A DNA stretch of 62,336 nucleotides, the filler included, from Diploschistes diacapsis (Eukaryota): NCBI GenBank assembly GCA_023645945.1. It is 17 parts of 17 records of this genome, joined end to end, with 100 filler letters (N's around TTAATTAATTAA, not from the genome) between each part and the next. Parts side by side here need not be neighbours in the genome. Positions count along the whole stretch, not along the records: positions 48,437 to 50,675 come from JALAIB010002301.1; positions 50,776 to 53,010 come from JALAIB010002302.1; positions 53,111 to 55,344 come from JALAIB010002303.1; positions 55,445 to 57,676 come from JALAIB010002304.1; positions 57,777 to 60,007 come from JALAIB010002305.1; 12 more parts are not named here. One strand, 5' to 3'. Numbering within the stretch: the stretch's first letter is position 1; each line of letters starts with the position of its first letter. The notes under the pieces were generated by a model. It worked only from the letters and a program-made list of their open reading frames with translations, searched no databases and was not told the DNA's origin. The position numbers were made by a program, and so were the translations under genes. Of this stretch, positions 48,437 to 60,107 are shown one piece after another.

Positions 48437-49495
48437 AATCCCGGCGACTCGGTTTAGTTAAATATACGTAATATTAAAATTATTCGGATCTATAAGAAGT
48501 TGGATAATAAATGAAGCGGCCTTTATAACGTTTTATAAAAGATAGGCGATATAGACTTCGAGCTAAATCTATTAACGTTAATAAAGTAATTTAAAACCTT
48601 TTATTCGTCTCTACTTTCAAAAGACCCGCAAGATCTTCTGGAGGGACAGATGCATCCTAAACCACCCCCGGTAAAGACGGAGGACGGAGAAGAATAGGAG
48701 ATCGAAGAAATCCTCGATGCCAAAAGAGGCCCCGGGCGAAGAATGAACGTCCAATACAGGGTACGTTAGGTGAAATAGTTTACTGACGATAACTAATATC
48801 CCGCCGCTAACTTCGAAAATACCCTCGAGATTCTACGGGAATTTCATTAAATAAATCCTGAAAAGGTAAGATTTCCGTACTTAATAATACCCGGGGATAG
48901 ATAGTTTACGTTAATAAGAATTATAAATAGAAACGAATCTTTAAAATAAAACGATATTAATTATTACGACGATTATATTCTTTTATAAAATCTAAAAGCG
49001 TATTTAATTAAAAATAACGTTAAAAAGGATTTAAAGAAACGGAAACATTTATTATAAAAAAATAACAGATATCTTTTTAAATAAATTAAAAAAAGGAATG
49101 AAAATCGAGATAAAGATTAACTAAAAAAAGAATATCGCGTTTATAAGAGATATAAGCATCTAAAAAGAAGGGTAATAAGACAGCCCAGTTTAGGGGCCTA
49201 TCAAGCCAAAGCAGGGTCAATGCCCAGGTACTTGCCAAGCCACGGCAGGATTAATACCTAGGTGCTTACCAAGACACGGTAGGGTCAGGGGGTGGCTGTG
49301 TAGACGGGTAGTCCCCGAACCCTGGTAGGTCCGGCACCCACACTACTTGACGGTGCCCTCCTCCCACCTAGATAGTTTCTTCTTCAGCTTTTCGAATCGA
49401 GACCTGTTACCTGCAGATGCCCAAGCTACACCTAATCCTTCCGGATCAGGCCCAGCCCCCGGTAGAGAAGCATCCTTTCCTGCGCTGGCGTTTCA
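48437..49495 (+). mobile_element. Gypsy family B (chromovirus) integrase tail, chromodomain, PPT and 320-bp 3' LTR (49176-49495)
   Basis: KLDNK*SGLY (GPY/F-like) and PPPVKTEDGEE*EIEEILDAKR..QYRVR*. The LTR matches 14563-14847. Confidence 0.88.
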
Positions 49496-50675
49496 TATCG
49501 CGCCGATATAGATCGCGGGCCTCGTTTTTGCGACGACGAAGGATTTAGAGTTATTGCGGCGTTATAGAAGGCTTATTTTAATAAACGTTATTTATAATAT
49601 TAATTAGTTCAAATAGAGGTTATTTATCTTAATGATACGTAATTAGGTTAATTTTTAAATGCCCGTGAAGTTTATTTTTTTTCTTTCAGAAATTTCGGAA
49701 ATCGTTTTTGTTGATCTCCGTTAAATAAATCTTTCCTTCCCTCGTCGCGTATATTAATTTATATATAATTTTAAGTTTAAACCGGCGTTGATTAATATTA
49801 CCGTTGGATATTAATTAACGATAGTGTATTTGAATAACGCGTCGTCTGTACGGCTTTCTTAGAGGAAAATAAGAAAGTAGAATATTTTTTTTATCGCGTC
49901 TATTTATAAAAGACGATCGATAAAAGGTTTTTTTCGAGAAACGCTAGATTCGGGGATATACGTCGCCATTTAACGGCGATGTTTTATTCGAATCGGACTC
50001 GATAGGAAGTATTAACGTCGATAAATGCCGCGATACGCGCGGTATTTATCGATAGGGATAGGAAATATTTACGAATGGAATAAAGAAACGGATTAAAATA
50101 GCGAATATATTATATTTATTATTTTATCGTTATATTTTTTTAGACGTCGAGTATTAATCTCGTTAAAAATTAATATAAGGTTTTAAAGCATAAGGATAAC
50201 CCTCGTATAATTTATTAATTCTTTTACGGTTTAATTGAGTATATAAAATTTTATATTAAATCGTATAAAACTAGGCTCGATAAAACGGAGCGGGAATAAA
50301 ACTTTTTTTATTTTATTAGAACGAATCGGTGGTTTAAGATGCGCTTCTTTTTCTTATCGGCGCAGAAGCTTTGCGTCGACGAGCTTAAATATGGCTTAAG
50401 ATTCCGGAAGAAAAGGAAACTTTTCTCGTAAGATAGCGGAATTTTCCGCCACGACTATTAATTTTAACGGAAATGGTAATTCTTTTGTCGCTATTTTTGG
50501 TTCGCCGAGCACGTCTATAAAGACGTGTTTAATTAAGATTATTAGGAAGATATTACTGCTATATACGAAAATAGCGGCTTTTTTATATATAAAAATATAA
50601 AAAAGACGTATTTCTTTATATAAACGGATGCGGAGACCGTTGTTCGGCAGAAATGTCGATTATAAATATATTATT
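49496..50675. mobile_element. Unclassified RIP-degraded repeat (target of the family B insertion)
   Basis: RIP composition; no motif recognised. Confidence 0.45.
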
Positions 50676-50775
50676 NNNNNNNNNNNNNNNNNNNNNNNNN
50701 NNNNNNNNNNNNNNNNNNNTTAATTAATTAANNNNNNNNNNNNNNNNNNNNNNNNNNNNNNNNNNNNNNNNNNNN

Positions 50776-52822
50776 CTTTATTACTCCTCTATTATGCATA
50801 CCGATCGGACATTTCTTTATCTTATAGTCGTATAAAAGATAATGGTCTTTATATTTATTATCGTTTAATACTTCCTCGTAGTATCGTTAGAATGTTACGT
50901 TGGTAATTATCCTTCCGTAAAGGACGTATATTAATGTTTCGTGTTTAACGTAATCGTATCCGAAATTTCCGCATTCGTCGAAAAGTATGTAATCTAGATG
51001 TTTTCGATTATTGACGATAAGAGCTTTCCTTCGAAGGTACTTTTACTTATTTATAACTCCTCCTGGAATACGAAACGCGTACGTTGCTTCTTCGCTTAAA
51101 TTAGTTCCTAAAGATCCTCGAGTATTTAATCTAGCGTTAGGGATTGGATCGCACGTTTAAACCGATTCCCCGTATTCCGTTACATTTAAGTTCGGAATAT
51201 CATTGCCCTTCGAAATTTACGTAATTAATATTATAATTAATAAAAACGTGGTTTCGGTATTTTTATCAATTAAATCGTCGGTGTCGCCCTGCCAGACTAT
51301 GGTGTCCGAGTTAACTATAACTTCCTCCCAAGGTTATCCGTCGGTCGGATAGTCTTCTATAAAAATAACTATAATTACGTTAAGATGATGCTGATCTATC
51401 GCTGCTAAGATATCTTTTTTAACGATCTTGTTCTTTGATCTACAATCTCGAGCGAAGTAACCTATCTTACCACATTCGAAGCACTTCTTTCCTTTTACTA
51501 AAGGTCCCCCGTTGGATCTTTTAGCACCTTTCTTCTAATTGGGCCGGGGTTTGCTAATTAAGGCATCGAGATTTATAGCGTCGTTATCTATATATCTTAT
51601 ATTTTATATATTTTTTATATAATTAATACGGTAGCGAAATTCTGGTTTAATAATTTTATTTCGATTAAAACGACGTTCCTATTTTCGATTAAATAATCGG
51701 TCGTTTTTAGTTATTGTTGTGACTGAAAGGGCCGATAAACTCCGAAACTAATTTTAATTATATATAAGTTCGTTTTTGATTAAGTTCTTGAATCCGTTTT
51801 TATATATTTCTATTAAGACTTTTTTATTTTATTTAATTAGTTTGGCGTATTCTTGAAAATTTGCCGTGTATTCTGAAATTGAGCTTCTTTAATTAATTAT
51901 TTTAATAATTCGAATCGTATATTTTCTATCGTTGGTCGTTTTAAAGGTCTGTCGAACCTGTTTTTTAAACCTCGTGAAAATTTTAAACATTCCGTAGCTA
52001 TTTTTTTAGTTTTTTAAATATGCGTCGAGATGAAGTTTTATTCATGTTAATACGCGGTCACGTATGAATCTTACGGCGAAGATAGTTCGTTTTTTTTAAT
52101 CGTTTATAATATGCGAGTTTTAATAAAAGTATATTAAGAATTAAAGTATTTAGTGTTTTAATTTTTTTCGGTTTCCGTGGAACGTTATTAGTTTTATAAT
52201 TTTTATAATAGGTTTTTTATACGGTTTGTTTTCGTTGGGTTTATCGTTACTTCCGGGATGTCTATTATTGAGACATCGGTTTTATTTAGTGGCATTATTG
52301 TTTTAAATATTCGAGATGATGCGGATCTAGTTATTAGCGGTGATCGGCCGGTTATGCTATTTGAGATATTTATTCTTAAGGGTGTTTAAGTTTTATAATC
52401 TTTATCTTTATAAGGTAGATACGAGGTATTGATTAAAGTGAGTTTGGTCTCGTTTAGAAAAAGAGTGTAAGTAAGAAAAGAAAATAGAGTAATTATAGGT
52501 CCTAGACTGTTTCTAAAAAGAAAGTTTTAATAATAAAAGTAACGAATATAAATTGATCCGAATAATAGTTAAGGATGTTTATAAAAGTGAATATATCGGA
52601 TTTAAGAAAATCGCGGCGACGTTCTTATATATAGTTAATATCGCTAGATGCTAGATGTCAGCCGGCTGGCGTCGTTTATTTGGTAACCGCTAGATGCCAG
52701 CTGCTAGACGGCTGTCGGCTGTCGTTTGTCGATCACGTGACCCGCGTCACCATGATTGGCCTATATACAAAGAAGCTGGGACGTGCCAAGTAGACTACCC
52801 AGTAGTTACTTGGATCGTAACA
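50776..52822 (-). mobile_element. Gypsy family A 5' LTR (52822 to ~52392) and gag
   Basis: The LTR starts TGTTACGATCCAAGT on the minus strand. Zinc knuckle KCFECGKIGYFARDCRS at ~51487-51437. Confidence 0.88.
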
Positions 52823-53299
52823 TAGAAATACGGGATTTTATAAACTATCGAGAAACCAGATTATCTTTAAAAATTAATCACGATACACTTTATAGTTAAA
52901 CTGCGTTTTATATAATAGTATTTAAGTTATAATAGACAGATTTAATAATAAATTACATTACATATCTTTCAAGAAAGATTATAATACGAAAACATTACAT
53001 TATATATAGANNNNNNNNNNNNNNNNNNNNNNNNNNNNNNNNNNNNNNNNNNNNTTAATTAATTAANNNNNNNNNNNNNNNNNNNNNNNNNNNNNNNNNN
53101 NNNNNNNNNNAGTTTATACGTAGTGAACTCGAGTCGTAATTATCGGCATTCGTTTTTAATAATCTTTTCATATTTAGCTTTAAGAGATGTTTATTTAGCG
53201 TAAGGAGTATCGAGATTTTCGATACGTTCGTAATCAATGTCGTTTGTATAAAGATATATTTAATAATTAACTTTGGCCTAGTACTTTCGCCATTAATTC

Positions 53300-54209
53300 C
53301 TAATATACAAAGATTTAGGTGTTAAACTGAACTAACTGCTCGATACTAGAGTATCGATGTTATAACTAAGCGGTGCTTCGTACAGCAACACGTCGTCTAT
53401 TCTTTCGCTTTAGAAATAATTCTTAACTAGTACAAATCATTCTTTATGGTTTTTCTTGCTCAGTACTGGAGCTATTCTTTTCTTACTTATGTTATCTTTC
53501 ATGATTATAGTTTTCGTAAATAAAGAAGATTGGTATAATAAATGAATCGTAGTTGATAAATCGTTAATAAATGGAACAAAAAGGTGTGAATTTTCTGCTA
53601 AAGAAGTGAAAATAATCGAGTAAGTTCAGCGAATTTAGTTAAATTTCGATACTTATCCAGAATGGTCGAATAAATGCAGCAATAAAATTCTGCTGAATTT
53701 CGATGATTATCGAGGAAGAGGGTTTTTCGGGTGTTAACTAAATAAATCTGAATTCAGGTTCTGAACTTTAACTTAATTCAACCAATTTAGCTCTCCTAGA
53801 GCAGCGTAGTCGGTACTCGCGTTTTATTGATAAGTAATTTAACTTTTACTTTAGATTTGATTATTCCAAGATGCTATAATTTAGATCTTAGGTTTTTAAG
53901 ATCTCTTTAATTTAACCTATAATAACGTAATTGGATCCCGTAATCATTACGATGATACCTACCCGGAAACACTACTTTCAATATGTAAACGCGACGGAAT
54001 AGTAAACTAACCCGGGCTCATAACCTTTTAAACAACGCATGTATTAAAGTCTAGATATCTAACTAGAAAGAATAATCTACATGCAAGCTCTTATACCAAT
54101 AAGATCCACTAAGCCCTATAGACTTGCACTACTCCCGATTAGGATTAGCAGGAACCCCAGTAGGTTCAGCTGAACTTCCCAGCCATGCATTCTGCCTGCC
54201 TGCTCAACA
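53300..54209 (-). mobile_element. Copia family C 5' LTR (54209-54026), PBS and internal region (left boundary approximate)
   Basis: TGTTGAGCAGGCAGG start and PBS GGTTATGAGCCCGGG (54025-54011), the half-tRNA-iMet type used by Ty5/copia. The internal region is similar to 57865 onward. Confidence 0.8.
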
Positions 54210-54234
54210 TAACCAACTACTCCTTAATAAAATA

Positions 54235-55344
54235 AATTAATAAATAAATAAAACTACCGTTCTCCCGTTCTATTTATAGAAAAATAAAATAGACTCAAAG
54301 ATTTTTTACTCATCACGTGACCAACGTCACCATAATTAAACTATATACAAAGAATGGTTAAGAAGTGCCTGACTGTTACGATCCAAGTAACTAGGTGGTA
54401 GTCCACTTGGCACTTCACAGCTAATCGGGCCTAACCTAACCACTCCTTGTATATAGTTGTTATGATCTCTATCTCTACAAGGTAGACACGAGGTATTAAT
54501 CAAGGTGGGTTTGGTCTCGTTTAGAAAAGGAATGCAAGCAGGAGAAGAAAATAGAGCAATCACAAATCTTAAACTATCTCTAGAAAGAAGGCTCTTTAAT
54601 AAAAGAAATAACGAATATAAATTAATCCTAAATAATAACTAAAGATATTTATAAAAGTAAACACGCCCTAAATTTATAAAGGCCATAACGACGTTCTTAT
54701 ATAATCAACAACTCCCTTAATGGAATAAATAAATAAATAAATAAAATTATCGTTCTTCTTTTCTATTTATAATTGAATAAAATGGTCTTTTAGATTTTTT
54801 ATTCGTTACGTAACCCTTATCATTCTAACTAGACTATATATAAAAAATGATTAAAAAATGTCCGATTAATTATTACGTACTAAATATTACCGTTTAGTAC
54901 CTTAAATCGTAATATTATCCCTTTCCTTTGTTACGATCCAAGTACCAGACTTGGCACGTCCCAGCTTTGTATATAGGTCAGTCACGGGACCAGGAATCAA
55001 GTAACACGTTCACTGCCCGCGCTTATTCTCGTAAACGGCGAGCAAGCTTTTATTACCGCTCGATAATCGCGTTTATTCTTATAAGCGACGAGTCTCGAGA
55101 ATACTATTCGTTAAACTTACGATAAACGGCGAGCGAGTTAATTATATATAAATACGATTCTATTTTCGTAAAAAAGGATATATTTATTTTTATAAATATC
55201 TTTAATTATTATTAGGGATCAATTTATATTCGTTATTTTTATTATTAGAAAACTTTCTTTTTAAAAATAATCTAAGATTTATAATTATTTTATCTTCTTT
55301 TCTTATTATATTCTTTTTTTAATAAAGATTAAACTTATCTTAAT
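54235..55344. mobile_element. Nest of four family A LTR segments in alternating orientation
   Basis: (-) ~54235-54373; (+) 54374-54457; (-) complete LTR 54458-54914 plus PPT 54915-54928; (+) 54929-55344. Confidence 0.85.
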
Positions 55345-55890
55345 NNNNNNNNNNNNNNNNNNNNNNNNNNNNNNNNNNNNNNNNNNNNTTAATTAATTAA
55401 NNNNNNNNNNNNNNNNNNNNNNNNNNNNNNNNNNNNNNNNNNNNTAATAAACCTTTAGGCGGGCCCCGTTTCGCTTTCAATCATATTGAGAACATCCCCC
55501 GGCCGACCATCCCCCCTGTTAGCAGACGAGACGCCGCCACCGGCCGACCGTCATTGGGCTTTATGAAAGCAAAAACACCCATTCAAGAAGCCGTCCGCTC
55601 TTGGCACTGACGAGATCTTTGGTAGCCCTCGCCGCCGGCTCTTCGACGCCGCCGTTGATGCAAAAAACCAAAACCACGCATATTGCTATCAATGTTGGCT
55701 TCAGCCCCCCCCCCGCCCCAAGTCATCATGCTGCTGCGAGTCCTCCGTGAGCCTGCAGCACAGAAAACGCCCACCGTTTGCAGAAGTCCGCCTATTGGGT
55801 AATCGTACAAGCCATTTCAACCGTGCCGAAAACGTGAAAAGCCTAATCCGTAGAAGAAACGTTGCAAAGAAATAATAGAACAAAGCCGTT

Positions 55891-57542
55891 TCAGATACCA
55901 TGTCCATAGTAACCTCCCCTGCCGGATCCCGGGCCTCCCACCGTCGTGGTAGGATGCAGAATCTGTGGCCGGTACACATGATCTCCCGCCGGAAGCCACG
56001 GTGCATCCATGTGCATTGGGAAATAGTTGTGCATCACCTCGCTCGCTTCGCTTTTCGCGGGAGCAACCGAATAATGGGTCGCGGCCGACGTGCTCGGCGC
56101 GTAGCTGTAGGTTACGGGCGGTAAAGAAGAGGCAGATAGCGGCGGTGCATAGCTCGAGGTCGTGATGGCATGGTGAGGACCATCCGCCCTGGACATCTTG
56201 CGCGGTCTTTCCGGAGGCGGTGCCGAACTTCGTTGCGAATACATACCGTTTTCGGGGACGGTCAGCCCCAGCGCAGGAGCGGCGGGTTCGGTTGATTTAC
56301 GCTTGAGCGTCGGCGCCGCGGGCACGCTCATCTCCGGCGAAGGTTGCATATAGGGCGAAACGGGTGCCGTGACGGGATGTGCAGACTGCCATTCGTAGCC
56401 ACCAGGGGAGCTTCTCCTCGGATGGGCAGAGCTTGGGGACATGCTGTACATCGGGTTTGGAGGATGCTCGATCTTGGGCAGCGCAGCCTGATGCATCGAG
56501 TCCAGCGTGGAGCCGCGTCTGATGGCCGGCGACATGGATGTCGCGGACGAGATGCTCTTGCGCATCGAGGCACCGGAGCCGCTGAGCGGTACATCTTTTC
56601 GCTGCTGAAAGTTACGAGGGCTTCGTCCACGGACCACTATGTGACCGGACAGAGCGTCGCAGAGCGAGACCCTGGAACCGTTGGACAGGTTGGCCACGAC
56701 GCTGAGCCTGATGGTAAAATGCTGTTGCAGCTCCCTGCGGCGCCCATTGTTCGCGGTAGCAACCCTGAACTGCAGCCTCTTCCACGCAATTGGAAAGACG
56801 GAGTATTCGGAATCGACGTCTGGATTAGCGGGCTGGTCCAGCGCTATTGCGGTTGGTTCCTTCTCGACCTTCTCCTCCGGAGCCGGAGCCGTCCCAGCGG
56901 CGGGGGTTTTCCACGGAACCGATATGATCTTCACCGGGCTGCCCTCCACCGACTCGGTTGCCGATACGGTCAGCTCCTGAGACACGATTGGTATCCTCTC
57001 CCCTTGCTCATTGACGATGTATGTTAGCATTCTCGGTAAGGTCACCGATCCCGTGATCTGGAAGAGGTTTCTTCGATAGCAGGTAAGCTCTGGCGGAGAG
57101 GAGACCAATTCGCCAGTTCCCGTTCGAGCCGACTCGGCCAGAAAGAACATGCCGTGCAACTGTGCAGCCAACGAGGCCGTTGACTGTCTGAACGGATAGT
57201 CGAAGACTGCATGGTTGCACGTCGAAGGCTGAAAACTGAGCAGCTTGTTGCCCCTCTCTATCGACGGAGCCTCGGGCGAAGACGGCTCCTGCGCAGGCTC
57301 CGGAACCGGTTCCTCGTAGTATGTCCTGTTGCTTTGGGATACTGGTGAGACAAAGGATAGATCTTCAGTTCTTGGTCTGTTGGGGATTAGCCCCAGCTGA
57401 CGGCGACAGGTGGTTAGTTGGCGACTCACTTTGAGTATTGCTGGCCGTGATCTGGATAGGCATATGCACCTTGGGATCTCATGTATTCGGGTCCAGACAT
57501 GCTATTGAATTTCATCGTGGTTTCCATGTACGCCGAAGACAT
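55891..57542 (-). CDS. Ndt80/PhoG-family transcription factor (VIB-1/XprG-like)
   Basis: PPELTCYRRNLFQITG, WKRLQFRVATANNGRRRELQQHF and IVVRGRSPRNF. One 5' intron begins at 57429; the start codon is tentative. Confidence 0.88.
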
Positions 57543-57776
57543 CTTCCCCTTCTCGAAGACGCTGAGTTCCGGGGGAACCTTGGAGATAAAGTGTGATGTT
57601 CAGCGCACGGTGATGCACTCGGAGCGATAGTATGAAAAACAGGCGAGTCGCGACGGGGGGGGGGGGGGGGGGTCTCNNNNNNNNNNNNNNNNNNNNNNNN
57701 NNNNNNNNNNNNNNNNNNNNTTAATTAATTAANNNNNNNNNNNNNNNNNNNNNNNNNNNNNNNNNNNNNNNNNNNN

Positions 57777-58955
57777 ATCCCGTAAGGTATAAAAGTTTGC
57801 GTAATAGGATATTTTTATAATTAAGATTTCTAGACTTTAATATATTTATTATATTATTTTAATAGGTTATGAACCCGGGTTAATATTTATTTTATTTAAT
57901 TATTTCGTATAATTATATATTAGAAGTAAATCTTTTCGGTAATTAATATAATTATAAACGCGGGTACCGATTACGTTAATTTAATAAATTTAAATCGAAA
58001 AGATTCGAAAACTTAAGATCTAAATTATAAATCCTTAAAATAAACCGATTCAAAAATAAAAAATAAATTATTATAAAAGATCGCGGGATTTTATTACGCT
58101 GGCTAAAAATAGGCCTAAATAAGAAATATTTAATTTCCGAATTCATTATCTATTAGATTAACGAAAAGCGATTTCCTTTCTTCCTTCTCGATAAAGATCG
58201 AAGTTTAATTAAACCCAGTACTGAACCCTATCGATCATTTTATCAACCTTCGATAATTAACAATACCGCTATTTTCGTTACTGGATCTAATCGAATCTCT
58301 CGTTAATCTTCGATACCTAGCAAAGCCGCTACCTTTTCTATTAAATCTAATCGAATCTTTTATTAATCCTCGAAACCCAGTAGAATCGTTACCTTCGTTT
58401 TTAGACCCTTTTCGATCCTTCGTTAATCTTCGACATTTAATAGCATCGCTACCTACGCTGCTGAACCTAATCGAAACCTTCGATAACTATCGAGAATTTA
58501 ATTGTATTTACTGCTGAACTTGCTCGATATTTCTTAATAATTATCGAAAGTTCGGCTAAACTAAGCTGAACCCATTCGATCAAAAAAGGGTAATAAGATG
58601 GAAGATAAGTTAATAAACGGGTTGCTTGCTTCGTACGAAACCATTAATCTACTAGAACTAGCCTAGGTTAAAAGATCCAGTTGAATTAGATATGCTGAAC
58701 GGTTCCGTCTGAGAGAGAGTATTGAGCGGACAGGTAGAAGGTATGACAGGCTCGACCCAATTCCGGAGGGTTTAGGTCAGGTGAATCAGGAAGTTTAGTT
58801 CAGCTGAACTTCTTTCTTGAACCTGTTGGGATTCTGGCTAGACCGGTTAGGGTAGTAGGGCTTAGCGTATACCGTGGAGGATAAAAGTTTGTACAGTAGG
58901 ATACTTCCTAGGACAAGACCTCTAGACTTCAATATATCCATTACGTTGCCAAACA
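57777..58955 (+). mobile_element. Short non-autonomous copia family C element: partial 5' LTR, PBS, 855-bp internal region, PPT and 3' LTR (58720-58955)
   Basis: PBS ggttatgaacccggg at 57865, PPT GAGAGAGAG at 58711-58719 and LTR tattgagcgg...ccaaaca. There is no room for pol. Confidence 0.75.
58215..58500. repeat. Degenerate 60-bp tandem repeat, about 4.5-5 units
   Basis: Segments starting at 58261, 58321, 58381 and 58441 align without gaps (cgctacc..ctaatcgaatc..cgttaatcttcga). Confidence 0.8.
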
Positions 58956-60007
58956 AAAATGATTAGAAATAATATTAGTGACTTAGATTTATGAATGTAT
59001 CTTTTCTTAAATATTTTTTAAAGATATTATTTAAAGAATTTCAACTTCATTATTAATGCTTTATAAAAAGATCCAAAGTTTAGAATTTTTCCGTCTATAA
59101 ACTCGATAACATGATCCTAAAGTTTATAATTAAGCAATGCTTTTAAGCCTATTTCTTTTTAAAAGAGGTATAGTTACTAATAATATTCTTTAGAAATTTC
59201 TAAAAGGTAATCATTTTCTTTCTTGTTAGTATTCTTGTTAGTATAAATCTTTATCTCTCGTAACTAAATCTGTTAATTAAGGTTTTCCTTGATTCCGATT
59301 CGGGAAGTCTCGTATAATATTTTCTTCTTATTTATCGTAATCGCCATAACTGCGTATAAACGGGATATATTAATATACGCACATCCGTCTAGCTTAAAAG
59401 TCCGTGTTTTAAAATTGATCGTTAAATTATAAATATTTAGTCACGGATTTCTTAAAATAACATCGTATTCTGTTATCTCGATAATAATAAAGGCAAATTT
59501 TTTAATATATCTGCGGATCCGGATTATTAACGGTATCGTATGTTTAATAATTTATTAAACGTTACGATCCGTCACGGTTCCGAATGTGAATTTTCTTTAT
59601 TTTTAGTCGTTGTATATATTCGATTAAGATAGCGTTTATTTCGGCATCTGAATCGATTAAAGCCCGTATGGCTTGTCGATCTAATCCGACCTCGAAGATG
59701 GCCCAAATTCGTCGTTTTAGAACCCGCGTGCCATTATTTATATTTATGATATATAGTTTTCTAATTTGGTTTATAACTAAAAAGCTTTAGCTTTTTTTAT
59801 AATTTCTTTATTAATTAAAAAGAATCTTTGATCGTAATATTTATAATTTATAATTTTATAAAAGCGATAACTCTATAAAATATATATTAAATATATAAAG
59901 TCTTCGTCGAATAAATTAAATCGTTAAATTATACCGTCTCTAAATCTCCAGTCGTGGTATACTAAAATCATATAATCTTTATCTCGGCAGTTCCTTAGGT
60001 TTATATA
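58956..60007 (-). mobile_element. Gypsy family A protease to RT-start fragment (RIP)
   Basis: AIRALIDSDAE (ALIDSGA aspartic protease motif, ~59672-59640). Collinear with 16130-16433. Confidence 0.75.
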
Positions 60008-60107
60008 NNNNNNNNNNNNNNNNNNNNNNNNNNNNNNNNNNNNNNNNNNNNTTAATTAATTAANNNNNNNNNNNNNNNNNNNNNNNNNNNNNNNNNNNNN
60101 NNNNNNN

